Below are positions 1 through 8,993 of a DNA stretch of 64,000 nt, in pieces; positions within the stretch are counted from its first letter, which is position 1; each line of letters opens with the position of its first letter. The notes beneath the pieces were generated by a model, which had not been told where the DNA came from, did no database searches, and saw nothing but the letters and a program-made list of their open reading frames with translations. Origin of the DNA: Marinomonas sp. Its GTDB lineage: Bacteria > Pseudomonadota > Gammaproteobacteria > Pseudomonadales > Marinomonadaceae. Both the position numbers and the translations under genes were made by a program. The stretch lies in NCBI GenBank assembly GCA_039940335.1, contig JBDVGW010000008.1; one strand, given 5' to 3'.

Positions 1-435
1 GCATCAATGGTGTATTCACTGCCCTTTGTAGTGCAGCCATTACAAAATGCTTTTTCTGCTATTGGTAGCCGCCCTTTAGAAGTCGCCGCCACTTTACGAG
101 CTTCTCCATGGCAAACATTTATCTACGTTGTCTTACCTTTAGCCAAGCCCGGTTATCTAAGCGCTGCAATATTAGGCTTTGCCCATACACTTGGCGAATT
201 TGGTGTGGTGCTGATGATAGGGGGCAATATTTCTTCACAAACCAGTGTGATCTCAGTAAAGATCTACGAACATGTTGAAGCCTTAGAGTATCAACAAGCC
301 CATTCTCTATCCTTGCTCATGGTGGGGTTTGCGTTTCTAATTTTGACGCTTTTGTACAGCCAAAAAAAACGCCAACACAATTTATTTGGCGGGCATAAGA
401 AGGCAGAAACAGATTCGCCATTTGGAGAACAATAA
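1..435 (+). CDS. modB: Molybdate ABC transporter permease, 3' part (gene starts before the window)
   Basis: Frame is open from base 1; EAA-loop-like 'LEVAATLRASPWQTF' and 'FAHTLGEFGVVLMIGGNI' are typical of ModB; abuts modC. Confidence 0.92.
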   Translation, partial: ASMVYSLPFVVQPLQNAFSAIGSRPLEVAATLRASPWQTFIYVVLPLAKPGYLSAAILGFAHTLGEFGVVLMIGGNISSQTSVISVKIYEHVEALEYQQAHSLSLLMVGFAFLILTLLYSQKKRQHNLFGGHKKAETDSPFGEQ

Positions 436-1538
436 TGCCAGTAGCTAAAACTCAATCTAGCTTATATCTGGCCTTAGAAAGCCTACCCAGTTCTGACAGA
501 CAATTTTCTCTTGATGTGAAAACCAAAATTCCGCCCCAAGGTGTCACCGCTTTATTTGGACCTTCTGGGTCAGGAAAAACCAGTTTACTACGGGCGATTG
601 CTGGACTCGACAGTCACTTAACAGGAGACATTATTTTTGGCGACCAAGTCTGGCAGAGTCAGACGTATAGATTAGCCACCTACCGCCGCCCAATAGGCTA
701 TGTTTTTCAAGAAAGTAGCTTGTTTGAACATTTGAATGGGGAGCAAAACCTTCGTTTTGCACTCAATAGAGCAGACACTAGCCAGCTTCAAATCCAATAC
801 TCAGATGTGGTGGAGCTCATGCAAATTGGCCCTCTACTAAAACGCTACCCTCATCAGCTTTCAGGGGGGGAAAGACAACGTATCGCCATTGCCAGAGCCT
901 TATTAATTCAACCCAAACTACTATTAATGGATGAACCCTTATCTGCATTGGACGATGCTTTAAAACAAGAAATATTGCCTTACCTTGAAACTCTTTGCCA
1001 TCAAACTCAACTGCCCATTATCTATGTTAGTCATGCTCTAGACGAAGTGATCCGCCTAGCGGATAATATGTTAGTACTACACAGTGGACGCATCACAGAC
1101 CAAGGTCCTACTCAGGAATTACTAGGTAAACTGGGCACGACTTTTTGTCACTATCAAGATGCCAGTGTTGTCATACAGGGAAAATTGTCCGCCGAAAACG
1201 CCTCTTGGGGGTTATCTGAACTGCATTTCGATGGTCAACGCTTACGGGTGAAAACTCCAGAACGTAAAATCGGCGAAGACGTAAAAGTTAGAGTTCAAGC
1301 CAAAGATGTCAGCTTATCTTTAAGTGCTCACGACGACACCAGCATCCTCAACCGATTACAAGTTAAGGTAGATCAAATAGCCCAAGAGCCAAATGATAAC
1401 AGCATGTTCACCATACGTTTACTGGCTGGTAAAACTCCTATTTTAGCAAGAATCACCGGGCTATCTGTCCATCATTTACAACTAAAAACTGGCATGACCC
1501 TCTATGCACAAATTAAGTCCGTGGCGGTCATCGTCTAG
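435..1538 (+). CDS. modC: Molybdate ABC transporter ATP-binding protein
   Basis: Walker A GPSGSGKT, signature LSGGERQR, Walker B LLLMDEP, C-terminal TOBE-like region ending AQIKSVAV. Confidence 0.93.
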   Translation: MPVAKTQSSLYLALESLPSSDRQFSLDVKTKIPPQGVTALFGPSGSGKTSLLRAIAGLDSHLTGDIIFGDQVWQSQTYRLATYRRPIGYVFQESSLFEHLNGEQNLRFALNRADTSQLQIQYSDVVELMQIGPLLKRYPHQLSGGERQRIAIARALLIQPKLLLMDEPLSALDDALKQEILPYLETLCHQTQLPIIYVSHALDEVIRLADNMLVLHSGRITDQGPTQELLGKLGTTFCHYQDASVVIQGKLSAENASWGLSELHFDGQRLRVKTPERKIGEDVKVRVQAKDVSLSLSAHDDTSILNRLQVKVDQIAQEPNDNSMFTIRLLAGKTPILARITGLSVHHLQLKTGMTLYAQIKSVAVIV

Positions 1539-2173
1539 ATTTCCGCAGCTAATTGCGTCAAAAAACCTCGCATAACTTGTTCTCTGCGCTTACCTTCCAT
1601 ACGAGCAGAGGCAGTATTTAACTGATCTGAAATATGAAATAGCTTTTTATAAAAATGATCAATTGAATAATGCTGATCATCTAGCGCTCGCGTTTCACAA
1701 AAAGGATCCTCTGGCGCATATAATGGGCGATTTAGTGCACCACTTACCTGCATACAGCGGGCAATCCCTATGGCGCCTAACGCGTCTAAACGGTCAGCGT
1801 CTTGGACTATTTTTGCCGCCAAACTGCTTGCGAGCTGATTAGCACTAAAGCTATGAGCGTGTATGGCATGATGAATGTCGGCGAAGTATTTACTCGGATA
1901 GCCTATTGAAGCTAAGAACTCAACCGCTTTATCTGCAGCCCTCAGAGACGCCAAGTGCCTTTCTGGATGGTTTTTTGGATAGGATACACAGTCGTGTAAC
2001 CAAGCCGCAGGCACCACAATGGCCAACTCCGCTTTTTCCTCAAGAGCAAGTTGCTTTGCGGTTTTAACGACACGAGTTAAGTGGGCGACATCATGGGCGA
2101 CATCACCACCTTGGCTGTCACATAAAAATGGCTGAAATAACCTTTCATAGCTCGCTAACTGGTTTTCTGTCAC
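1535..2173 (-). CDS. HD-domain phosphohydrolase (YedJ-like)
   Basis: DxAHDxxHxxRV, WLHD, VQDADRLDALGAIGIAR motifs. Confidence 0.85.
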   Translation of the reverse strand: MTENQLASYERLFQPFLCDSQGGDVAHDVAHLTRVVKTAKQLALEEKAELAIVVPAAWLHDCVSYPKNHPERHLASLRAADKAVEFLASIGYPSKYFADIHHAIHAHSFSANQLASSLAAKIVQDADRLDALGAIGIARCMQVSGALNRPLYAPEDPFCETRALDDQHYSIDHFYKKLFHISDQLNTASARMEGKRREQVMRGFLTQLAAEI

Positions 2174-2323
2174 AAACGAATCCTTCTAATGATTCCCTCA
2201 AGAGCCCGACAAGCACTTATCTTAATCAAAACTATACTGACCATTAGTAAACCAAAGGTTTATTTTCAGTAAACTGATTTACCCCAATATTATAAATGGG
2301 TACACTGGCGCAAACTTTCTTAG

Positions 2324-3223
2324 ATGGAATTGATTCTCATGTCGATACTTGTTGCTGTCACTCTTTTGTGGGCATTTTCTTTCAGTTTAATTGGCGTCTA
2401 TCTTGCTGGGCAAGTCGACGCGTGGTTTTCGGTGTTAATGCGCGTCTCCTTGGCGACACTGGTCTTTCTGCCTTTTCTAAATCCCCGCCAGATTGAACGT
2501 AAAGTCATTTTACAGCTCATGGTGTGTGGCGCTTTTCAGCTAGGGATTATGTACGGTTTTTACTACCAGTCCTTCCTTTACTTGTCGGTGCCAGAGGTAC
2601 TTTTGTTTACCGTCATGACACCTATTTATATTACCTTACTAAATGACCTTATTGATCGTCGGCTCAATGTTGGCTTTGTCATCAGTGCACTACTCGCCGT
2701 TCTAGGAGCAGTAGCAATTCGCTATCAAGGCATTGATGAAGGCTTCCTTAAGGGCTTACTGATAGTTCAAGGGGCTAATCTGTGCTTCGCTGCAGGACAA
2801 GTAGGCTACAAACGCATTATCGCAAAAGAGCGTCCGGATTTACCCCAACGCACAGTTTTTGGCTGGTTCTTTATTGGCGCCTTGATCGTTGTAGTGCCTT
2901 GCTTCCTTTTAATGGGTAACACAGAAAAACTACCAACAACCAATCTGCAATGGTCCATTCTTGTGTATCTAGGTGTCGTGGCCTCTGGGGTGGGATATTT
3001 CGCTTGGAACAAGGGCGCGACCTTAGTCAATGTGGGCACCTTAGCCATTGCTAACAACCTACTGATCCCTGCTGGCATTTTGGTAAATGTTCTATTTTGG
3101 AACCGTGACGCCGACATTTTACGTTTATCTATCGGTGCAGCCATCATTCTATTAGCGCTGGTTGTGAATGATAAGTTCAACCAAAGAATCCAAGCTCGCC
3201 AAAACACAATGAGTCATACCTAA
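2324..3223 (+). CDS. DMT/EamA-family carboxylate/amino acid/amine transporter (YigM-like)
   Basis: About ten hydrophobic segments; 'TLLWAFSFSLIG..LAGQVD', 'LFTVMTPIYITL'. Confidence 0.8.
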   Translation: MELILMSILVAVTLLWAFSFSLIGVYLAGQVDAWFSVLMRVSLATLVFLPFLNPRQIERKVILQLMVCGAFQLGIMYGFYYQSFLYLSVPEVLLFTVMTPIYITLLNDLIDRRLNVGFVISALLAVLGAVAIRYQGIDEGFLKGLLIVQGANLCFAAGQVGYKRIIAKERPDLPQRTVFGWFFIGALIVVVPCFLLMGNTEKLPTTNLQWSILVYLGVVASGVGYFAWNKGATLVNVGTLAIANNLLIPAGILVNVLFWNRDADILRLSIGAAIILLALVVNDKFNQRIQARQNTMSHT

Positions 3224-3227
3224 TCCA

Positions 3228-3261
3228 ATTGGCCACTCAACTTTCTTGCTGAGTGGCCAAT
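3228..3261. terminator. Hairpin between convergent genes, probable terminator
   Basis: attggccactca / tgagtggccaat, a perfect 12-bp inverted repeat. Confidence 0.65.
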
Positions 3262-3280
3262 GCCTTCTACCTTTAAAAGG

Positions 3281-3994
3281 CTACTTAAGAGTCCAAGCTA
3301 AGAACGCCTCTTGCTGAGTATCATTGGCTTTTTGTGACCAAAAATTCAGCATTTCTGCGGCAACATCACTTATTTCAACCTTACGTTCTGGGTTAGCACG
3401 CCATAATTGAACCTCTTCTCGGGTCGACAAGCTGGCTTTGTTGTACCAAAATTTCAGCATTTCCAAAGCAATATTATCCAGACGGTCATCAGTAACAGGA
3501 ACAACTTGAGGAGAAACGTCAGACCCTTTCTTACTCACTTGTTCGATCTCTTCTAAATAGTCACGAGTATTTTGTAAGCCAGAACGTGTCGCTAATTGTA
3601 CTTGTGTAAAAGGTATATTTTGATCTAGTTGAGTATCGAGCAATTCAAACTGAGGGGCTTGAGCATATTCTTGCGCTTTTCTTTGAGACGAAACATAGGG
3701 CGCTTGTAACTGGATATTTGAGTCTTGCAGAAAGTTTATATCTAAGACAATAGGTTCTGAGCGGTAGCGATGAGTATCACCACCTTGGCGTAGCAATTTA
3801 TTGAAACGTACGACTAATTGGTGCTGACCAGCCGCAACCTCGACTTTAAAATCATGACCAAATTTATTCGCCGCTTGCTGATCCACATACATGATTTCAA
3901 AGGTACGAGGCACTTCAAATGTCGCAGCAAAGATAGGGCTTGCTGCGACTGAAACCAAACCACCAAATAATGCCAACTTAAACTGGTGTAACAT
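3281..3994 (-). CDS. DUF2057/YccT-family exported protein
   Basis: Signal peptide (…SPIFA-A), 'GQHQLVVRF', 'SEPIVL', C-terminal 'EMLKFWY' motif. Confidence 0.75.
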   Translation of the reverse strand: MLHQFKLALFGGLVSVAASPIFAATFEVPRTFEIMYVDQQAANKFGHDFKVEVAAGQHQLVVRFNKLLRQGGDTHRYRSEPIVLDINFLQDSNIQLQAPYVSSQRKAQEYAQAPQFELLDTQLDQNIPFTQVQLATRSGLQNTRDYLEEIEQVSKKGSDVSPQVVPVTDDRLDNIALEMLKFWYNKASLSTREEVQLWRANPERKVEISDVAAEMLNFWSQKANDTQQEAFLAWTLK

Positions 3995-4129
3995 ACTATT
4001 CCTTTTAAATAAGCTACTAGTAAAGTGGCAAACTTATCATGAAAAATAGTATTTTTTGGCTTTCTTCTCCGTTAAAAAAAGGAATATGGAATTAATTCAT
4101 ACTCGATGCACATTTCATAAAATTAATGA

Positions 4130-5290
4130 CTAGTCTCGATCTGTTTTACGGACATCTGAATCCACTACAACTTGATTACGACCTCTTTCCTTGGCAATGT
4201 ACATACACAAATCAGCTCGCTTCAACAACTCAACTACATTATCGCCTGCCTTTTTCTCAGCGATACCTGCACTAACTGTAATATGAAAAGGTGTATTTTT
4301 TGGTCCATAGAAAGTGTGCTCAGCAATAGCTATCCGGACTTTTTCAGCGATTTCAAAACTTTCTTGCTCAGAGGCTCTCAATAGTGTCACTATCTCTTCA
4401 CCACCATAACGAAAAACATTTTTATGGGGTAATAAAGCACTTTTGATAATCATGCTTGCTTCTGAGAGCACTGAGTCCCCGTATTTATGGCCGAGCTGAT
4501 CATTGATCGACTTAAATTTGTCCAAATCAAAAAACACGATCGAAAAAGGTGTCTTAGCTGCCTTATCAAACATCTTAGGCGCGACATCATTTAGGTGCCC
4601 ACGGGAATATAAAAGGGTTAATGAGTCATGAATGGCTTTATGACGAAACTCTTTTAAATACCTCTTGGATAAACGTAGCGACAACAAAATACTCAACACG
4701 AATAAAACAAAAATTGTTACGAAGCCTAATGAAAACTGTTCCATAATATCTTTATTTAAATCATCCACATAAAGCCCTGACACAAACACCAGTTGCCAAG
4801 GTTTAAATAATTCCACATAGCCTATTTTAGCTACTGGCTGGCTGTCACCGGGCTTAGGCCATTCATAATGAACAAAGCCACCACCTTGATCAGCAGTATT
4901 TAGCATGTCACGAATAAAGAATCGCCCTTCACTGTCCTGCACATCGATTAGGGACTTAGTGGAAAGATTAGCTAAATTCGGGTGTGCAAGCATGACGCCT
5001 TGCCTATCTAATATCCAAAAATAGCCATTCCCTTGAAATGTCATTGAACCAATGTATTTGAACAACTCTTGCTCAGATTCTGCTGAAGAAGCTCCACTAG
5101 TTAAAGATTTCTGAAAAATTGTATTAGCGAGTCCCAATGCAGACTCAACTTGAGAATGAATTAAATTTTTGCGCTCTTCTACCACCGCAGAATGGATGTG
5201 CCAGACGATAACAGTCAACAAAATCACCATGTTGATAACACTCACTAGTGACAGTGTAATAATATGATTTCGATATTTAGGCTGACGCAT
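4130..5290 (-). CDS. Cache (sCache_2)-domain diguanylate cyclase
   Basis: Two TM segments flank 'YFWILD..MLAHP..YEWPKP'; 'DSLT', 'DLDKFKSINDQLGH', 'RYGGEEI'. Confidence 0.88.
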   Translation of the reverse strand: MRQPKYRNHIITLSLVSVINMVILLTVIVWHIHSAVVEERKNLIHSQVESALGLANTIFQKSLTSGASSAESEQELFKYIGSMTFQGNGYFWILDRQGVMLAHPNLANLSTKSLIDVQDSEGRFFIRDMLNTADQGGGFVHYEWPKPGDSQPVAKIGYVELFKPWQLVFVSGLYVDDLNKDIMEQFSLGFVTIFVLFVLSILLSLRLSKRYLKEFRHKAIHDSLTLLYSRGHLNDVAPKMFDKAAKTPFSIVFFDLDKFKSINDQLGHKYGDSVLSEASMIIKSALLPHKNVFRYGGEEIVTLLRASEQESFEIAEKVRIAIAEHTFYGPKNTPFHITVSAGIAEKKAGDNVVELLKRADLCMYIAKERGRNQVVVDSDVRKTDRD

Positions 5291-5547
5291 AAAAGTAATG
5301 AGTTATTCCGTTAAGTTCATGTATTTTGGGTAGATATATAATCGCAACTAACAAGAGTTAGAATCTTTACATTTATTGTAAATAATTGTAATACAATAAA
5401 CGTAAAGACCATTAATAACGCTATTATCAAGACTTATATTCTACGGCATAGCAAGTTATTAGTCTTTGCCAATTATTTCTCAATTCCTTATCGATCATCT
5501 AACAAGTCAAACTAGACGACCAACTTGGACCAGAACCGGAGTGATTT

Positions 5548-7218
5548 ATGTTTCGATCCCTAAAAGCGCAAGTCTACATGCTTGCATTTGTCCCCTTCAT
5601 TCTCGTTGGTCTGGTCAGTATTATTACCCAGATACAAACCCTCGATACCGTCAACAAAGATATGTCGACACTATCAGAAGAGACCATTATTAATGTTGAG
5701 AAAAAACGCCTTGTTACCGTCATAGACTCTTCTCTAAGTATCATCAAGCCATACACTGATATGCCCGGTAACACAGGTATGAAAGAGGCCCTGGATCTGC
5801 TTTTCAATTATCGTTATGACAATAATGTTGGCTATTTATTCGCCTACGATGGTGATGGCAACCGATTGATGAGTGGCTCTGGTGTCGGAGTTGGCGGCAA
5901 CTACATTAACTCTAAAGACAAACACGGTAATTTGATCGTTCAAAATATCATAACAGCCGCCCAATCAGGGGAAGGCTTCACTACCTACTACTTTCCTAAG
6001 GCCGGTGAGAAAGAACCTTCGGCAAAATACAGCTATGCTGTTTGGATAGAGAAATGGGGCATTGCCATTGCCACAGGATTTTTTATAGATGGTGTTGATT
6101 CAGCCTTAATCAATATCAACGCTTCTTTGAAAGCGTCAGAACAAAAAAGTCTAATTTCCAAACTCATCATCATCGCCGTGCTTTCTGGTTTGGTCGCCAT
6201 TATTGTTTTCTTAGCTGTTCGATCCATTTTATCTGCCCTACATGCCCTAAGGGATGCCGTTGAAGATTTAGCAGATGGGGAAGGTGATTTAACCGCAACC
6301 CTACCGGGCAGCTCATTAGATGTATTGGATGACACCTCTAAGCATTTCAATCGCTTTCTCGCTTCCATGTCTAAAGATATCCAATCACTAAAAAATGCGG
6401 GGAATCAACTTAATGATATCGCCGTAGTTTCTAGAGAGCAGCATCAACGTTTAGCGAATGACTCTAACAGCCAGATACAAGAAACCACCAGCACAGCCGC
6501 AGCCATCGAAGAGATGTCTTCTACCGCACTAGAGATCGCTAAAAATGCAGAACTTACTCGTACTTCGGCTGAAAATACTGATCAAGAAGTTCAAGAGATA
6601 CTCGTCCAGATGCAAATATCTAGCAAAGAGCTAGAGGCACTAACCAATGTTTTGAATAACGTTGAAGGCTCTGTGCAAGAACTTGGAGGTAACGTAGACG
6701 ACATCAACTCTGTATTAAGTGTTATTCAAGATATCTCTGAACAAACAAACCTGTTAGCGCTTAACGCTGCCATAGAAGCCGCTCGTGCAGGTGAGCTTGG
6801 CCGTGGTTTTGCTGTCGTCGCAGATGAAGTAAGAACGCTTGCGCAACGAAGTCAGAAAAGCACAGAGGAAATCAAAACCATCCTAGATAAACTCCAAGTC
6901 AGTGCCGAAAAAACAATCCAAGATATGGCTAACACGACAGAAAAACGCACATCCGTTGTTCAAGCCATGGACACGATTACAAGCATTATCCACTCCAGCT
7001 CTAAATCTATGAAAGAGTTAACAGCCATGAACGTAGACGTTTCGAACGCTGCGTCTCAGCAATCTGATGTTGTGAATGACATGTCAAAAAATATTTCTGG
7101 CATTGCTGAGTTAGCAGACACTATCGGCAAAAGCTCTCAGCAAACCAGTGATCAATTTGCACGGCTTGAGAAACAGTCAGAAAATATTCAAGCGGTAACT
7201 CGAAAATTTAAAACCTAA
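5548..7218 (+). CDS. Methyl-accepting chemotaxis protein with Cache sensor and HAMP domain
   Basis: Signalling hairpin '[34 protein letters not shown]'; two TM segments. Confidence 0.93.
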   Translation: MFRSLKAQVYMLAFVPFILVGLVSIITQIQTLDTVNKDMSTLSEETIINVEKKRLVTVIDSSLSIIKPYTDMPGNTGMKEALDLLFNYRYDNNVGYLFAYDGDGNRLMSGSGVGVGGNYINSKDKHGNLIVQNIITAAQSGEGFTTYYFPKAGEKEPSAKYSYAVWIEKWGIAIATGFFIDGVDSALININASLKASEQKSLISKLIIIAVLSGLVAIIVFLAVRSILSALHALRDAVEDLADGEGDLTATLPGSSLDVLDDTSKHFNRFLASMSKDIQSLKNAGNQLNDIAVVSREQHQRLANDSNSQIQETTSTAAAIEEMSSTALEIAKNAELTRTSAENTDQEVQEILVQMQISSKELEALTNVLNNVEGSVQELGGNVDDINSVLSVIQDISEQTNLLALNAAIEAARAGELGRGFAVVADEVRTLAQRSQKSTEEIKTILDKLQVSAEKTIQDMANTTEKRTSVVQAMDTITSIIHSSSKSMKELTAMNVDVSNAASQQSDVVNDMSKNISGIAELADTIGKSSQQTSDQFARLEKQSENIQAVTRKFKT

Positions 7219-7240
7219 TCATCTCCTACGATCCGACTAT

Positions 7241-7277
7241 AAAAAAAGGCCGACAACATAGCGGTGTTGTCGACCTT
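7241..7277 (-). terminator. Rho-independent terminator after aceA (may be bidirectional)
   Basis: aaggccgacaaca / tgttgtcgacctt stem with A7 run (U-tract on the minus strand). Confidence 0.7.
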
Positions 7278-7306
7278 AAAAAGGGAAATTTCGTTATCCT
7301 TCGCTA

Positions 7307-8911
7307 CTAGATAGCAGCGAACTGATTCATAGTGTTATCTTTACCAGAGGCTTTCAGTGCGTGAGCGCCTGAGAAGTACTCTTTGTGATCATCACCAATA
7401 TTTGAGCCAGACATGTCTTGATGCTTTACACAAGCCAAACCTTGGCGAATTTCCTTACGCTGTACTTCTAGTACATAGCCCAACATACCTTGCTCACCAA
7501 AATAGTCTTTCGCTAGATTATCCGTCGACAATGCCGCTGTATGGTAAGTTGGTAAGGTGATCAAGTGGTGGAAAATACCTGCTTGAGCCGCCGCATCTTT
7601 TTGGAAATTACGAATACGATCATCCGCCTCTTGAGCTAACTCAGTATCATCGTACGTTTGCGCCATCAATTGTTCACGTTGATAAGCAGACACATCTTTT
7701 CCTGCTTCCAACCAAACATCAAACACCTGCTGACGAAAGTTTAGTGTCCAGTTAAAAGATGGGCTGTTGTTGTAGACCAGCTTGGCATTTGGCACCACGG
7801 CTCGAACACGGTTGACCAATTCTGCAATTTGTCCGATGTGTGGTTTTTCTGTTTCTATCCACAAAAGATCGGCACCATTTTGCAGCGAGGTAATACAATC
7901 CAGTACCACGCGATCTGCGCCAGTATTGGCCTTAAAACGAACTAGACCATTGGCAAGACGGGTCGGTTTAATTAAACGATCCCCTTGCATAATTGCCATA
8001 TCACCGGACTTAAGCTCCGTTAGACTCTGCACCTCTTGCCCATCTAAATAAGCGTTGTATTGTTCTGCAAGATCCCCAGGCGTTTGGGATACTGGAATTT
8101 TCTGAGTAAGACCCGCTCCCAGAGAATCGGTACGGGCCACGATCACCCCCTCTTCAACCCCAAGCTCCATGAAGGCATAACGCACGGCATTGATCTTGGC
8201 CAAAAAGTCTTCATGAGGTACGGTCACTTTACCGTCCTGGTGACCACACTGTTTGGCATCCGATACCTGATTTTCTATTTGAATACAGCAAGCACCCGCT
8301 TCAATCATTTTCTTCGCCAACAAGTAGGTCGCTTCTTCGTTGCCAAAACCTGCATCAATATCCGCAATAATCGGCACCACGTGGGTTTCAAAGTTATCTA
8401 TCTGCTCTTGGATGGCTTGTGCTTTCACTTCATCCCCCGCTTCACGAGCTTCGTCCATATCTTTAAATAAATGCTGTAGCTCTCTGGCATCTGCTTGTTT
8501 TAAAAAAGTGTACAACTCTTCAATCAGCGCCGGCACTGAGGTTTTCTCATGCATAGACTGATCCGGTAGAGGCCCAAACTCAGAGCGCATGGCAGCCACC
8601 ATCCAACCCGACAAGTAAAGGTATCGGCTACGTGTGGTGCCAAAGTGTTTCTTAATAGAAATCATTTTTTGCTGGCCCACAAAACCATGCCAACAACCTA
8701 AAGATTGAGTGTATTGGCTAGCATCTGCATCGTATTTAGCCATGTCTTCACGCATAATTTTGGCCGTGTACTTGGCGATGTCTAACCCAGTATTAAAACG
8801 ATTCTGCAATTGCATTCGCACAATGTACTCAGGGTTAATCGCCGCCCAAGTAGGACCTTGTTGCGCTAGGCTAGCGCTGGCTTGTTGCATTTTATTGTTA
8901 TAAGTATTCAT
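7307..8911 (-). CDS. aceA: Isocitrate lyase (long, Pseudomonas-type)
   Basis: 'TQSLGCWHGF', 'YLSGWMVAA', 'DIDAGFG', catalytic 'QCGHQDGK', 'YNNSPSFNW'. Confidence 0.96.
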   Translation of the reverse strand: MNTYNNKMQQASASLAQQGPTWAAINPEYIVRMQLQNRFNTGLDIAKYTAKIMREDMAKYDADASQYTQSLGCWHGFVGQQKMISIKKHFGTTRSRYLYLSGWMVAAMRSEFGPLPDQSMHEKTSVPALIEELYTFLKQADARELQHLFKDMDEAREAGDEVKAQAIQEQIDNFETHVVPIIADIDAGFGNEEATYLLAKKMIEAGACCIQIENQVSDAKQCGHQDGKVTVPHEDFLAKINAVRYAFMELGVEEGVIVARTDSLGAGLTQKIPVSQTPGDLAEQYNAYLDGQEVQSLTELKSGDMAIMQGDRLIKPTRLANGLVRFKANTGADRVVLDCITSLQNGADLLWIETEKPHIGQIAELVNRVRAVVPNAKLVYNNSPSFNWTLNFRQQVFDVWLEAGKDVSAYQREQLMAQTYDDTELAQEADDRIRNFQKDAAAQAGIFHHLITLPTYHTAALSTDNLAKDYFGEQGMLGYVLEVQRKEIRQGLACVKHQDMSGSNIGDDHKEYFSGAHALKASGKDNTMNQFAAI

Positions 8912-8993
8912 CGCGTTTTCCTCTGTTTTTAATTATGCGGCTCAGAGCCCTATGGGAAATAAGCCTTTTATTGTGATTAAACTGTTAACTCTT

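Noticed and set aside
2082-2105. Perfect 12-bp tandem repeat tgggcgacatca x2 in the HD gene
   Set aside because: It encodes DVAHDVAH, which fits the normal DxAHDxxH motif; no sign of an insertion
5500-5547. c-di-GMP riboswitch upstream of the MCP
   Set aside because: No GCAAACC, GNRA tetraloop or GACGCAAAGC elements
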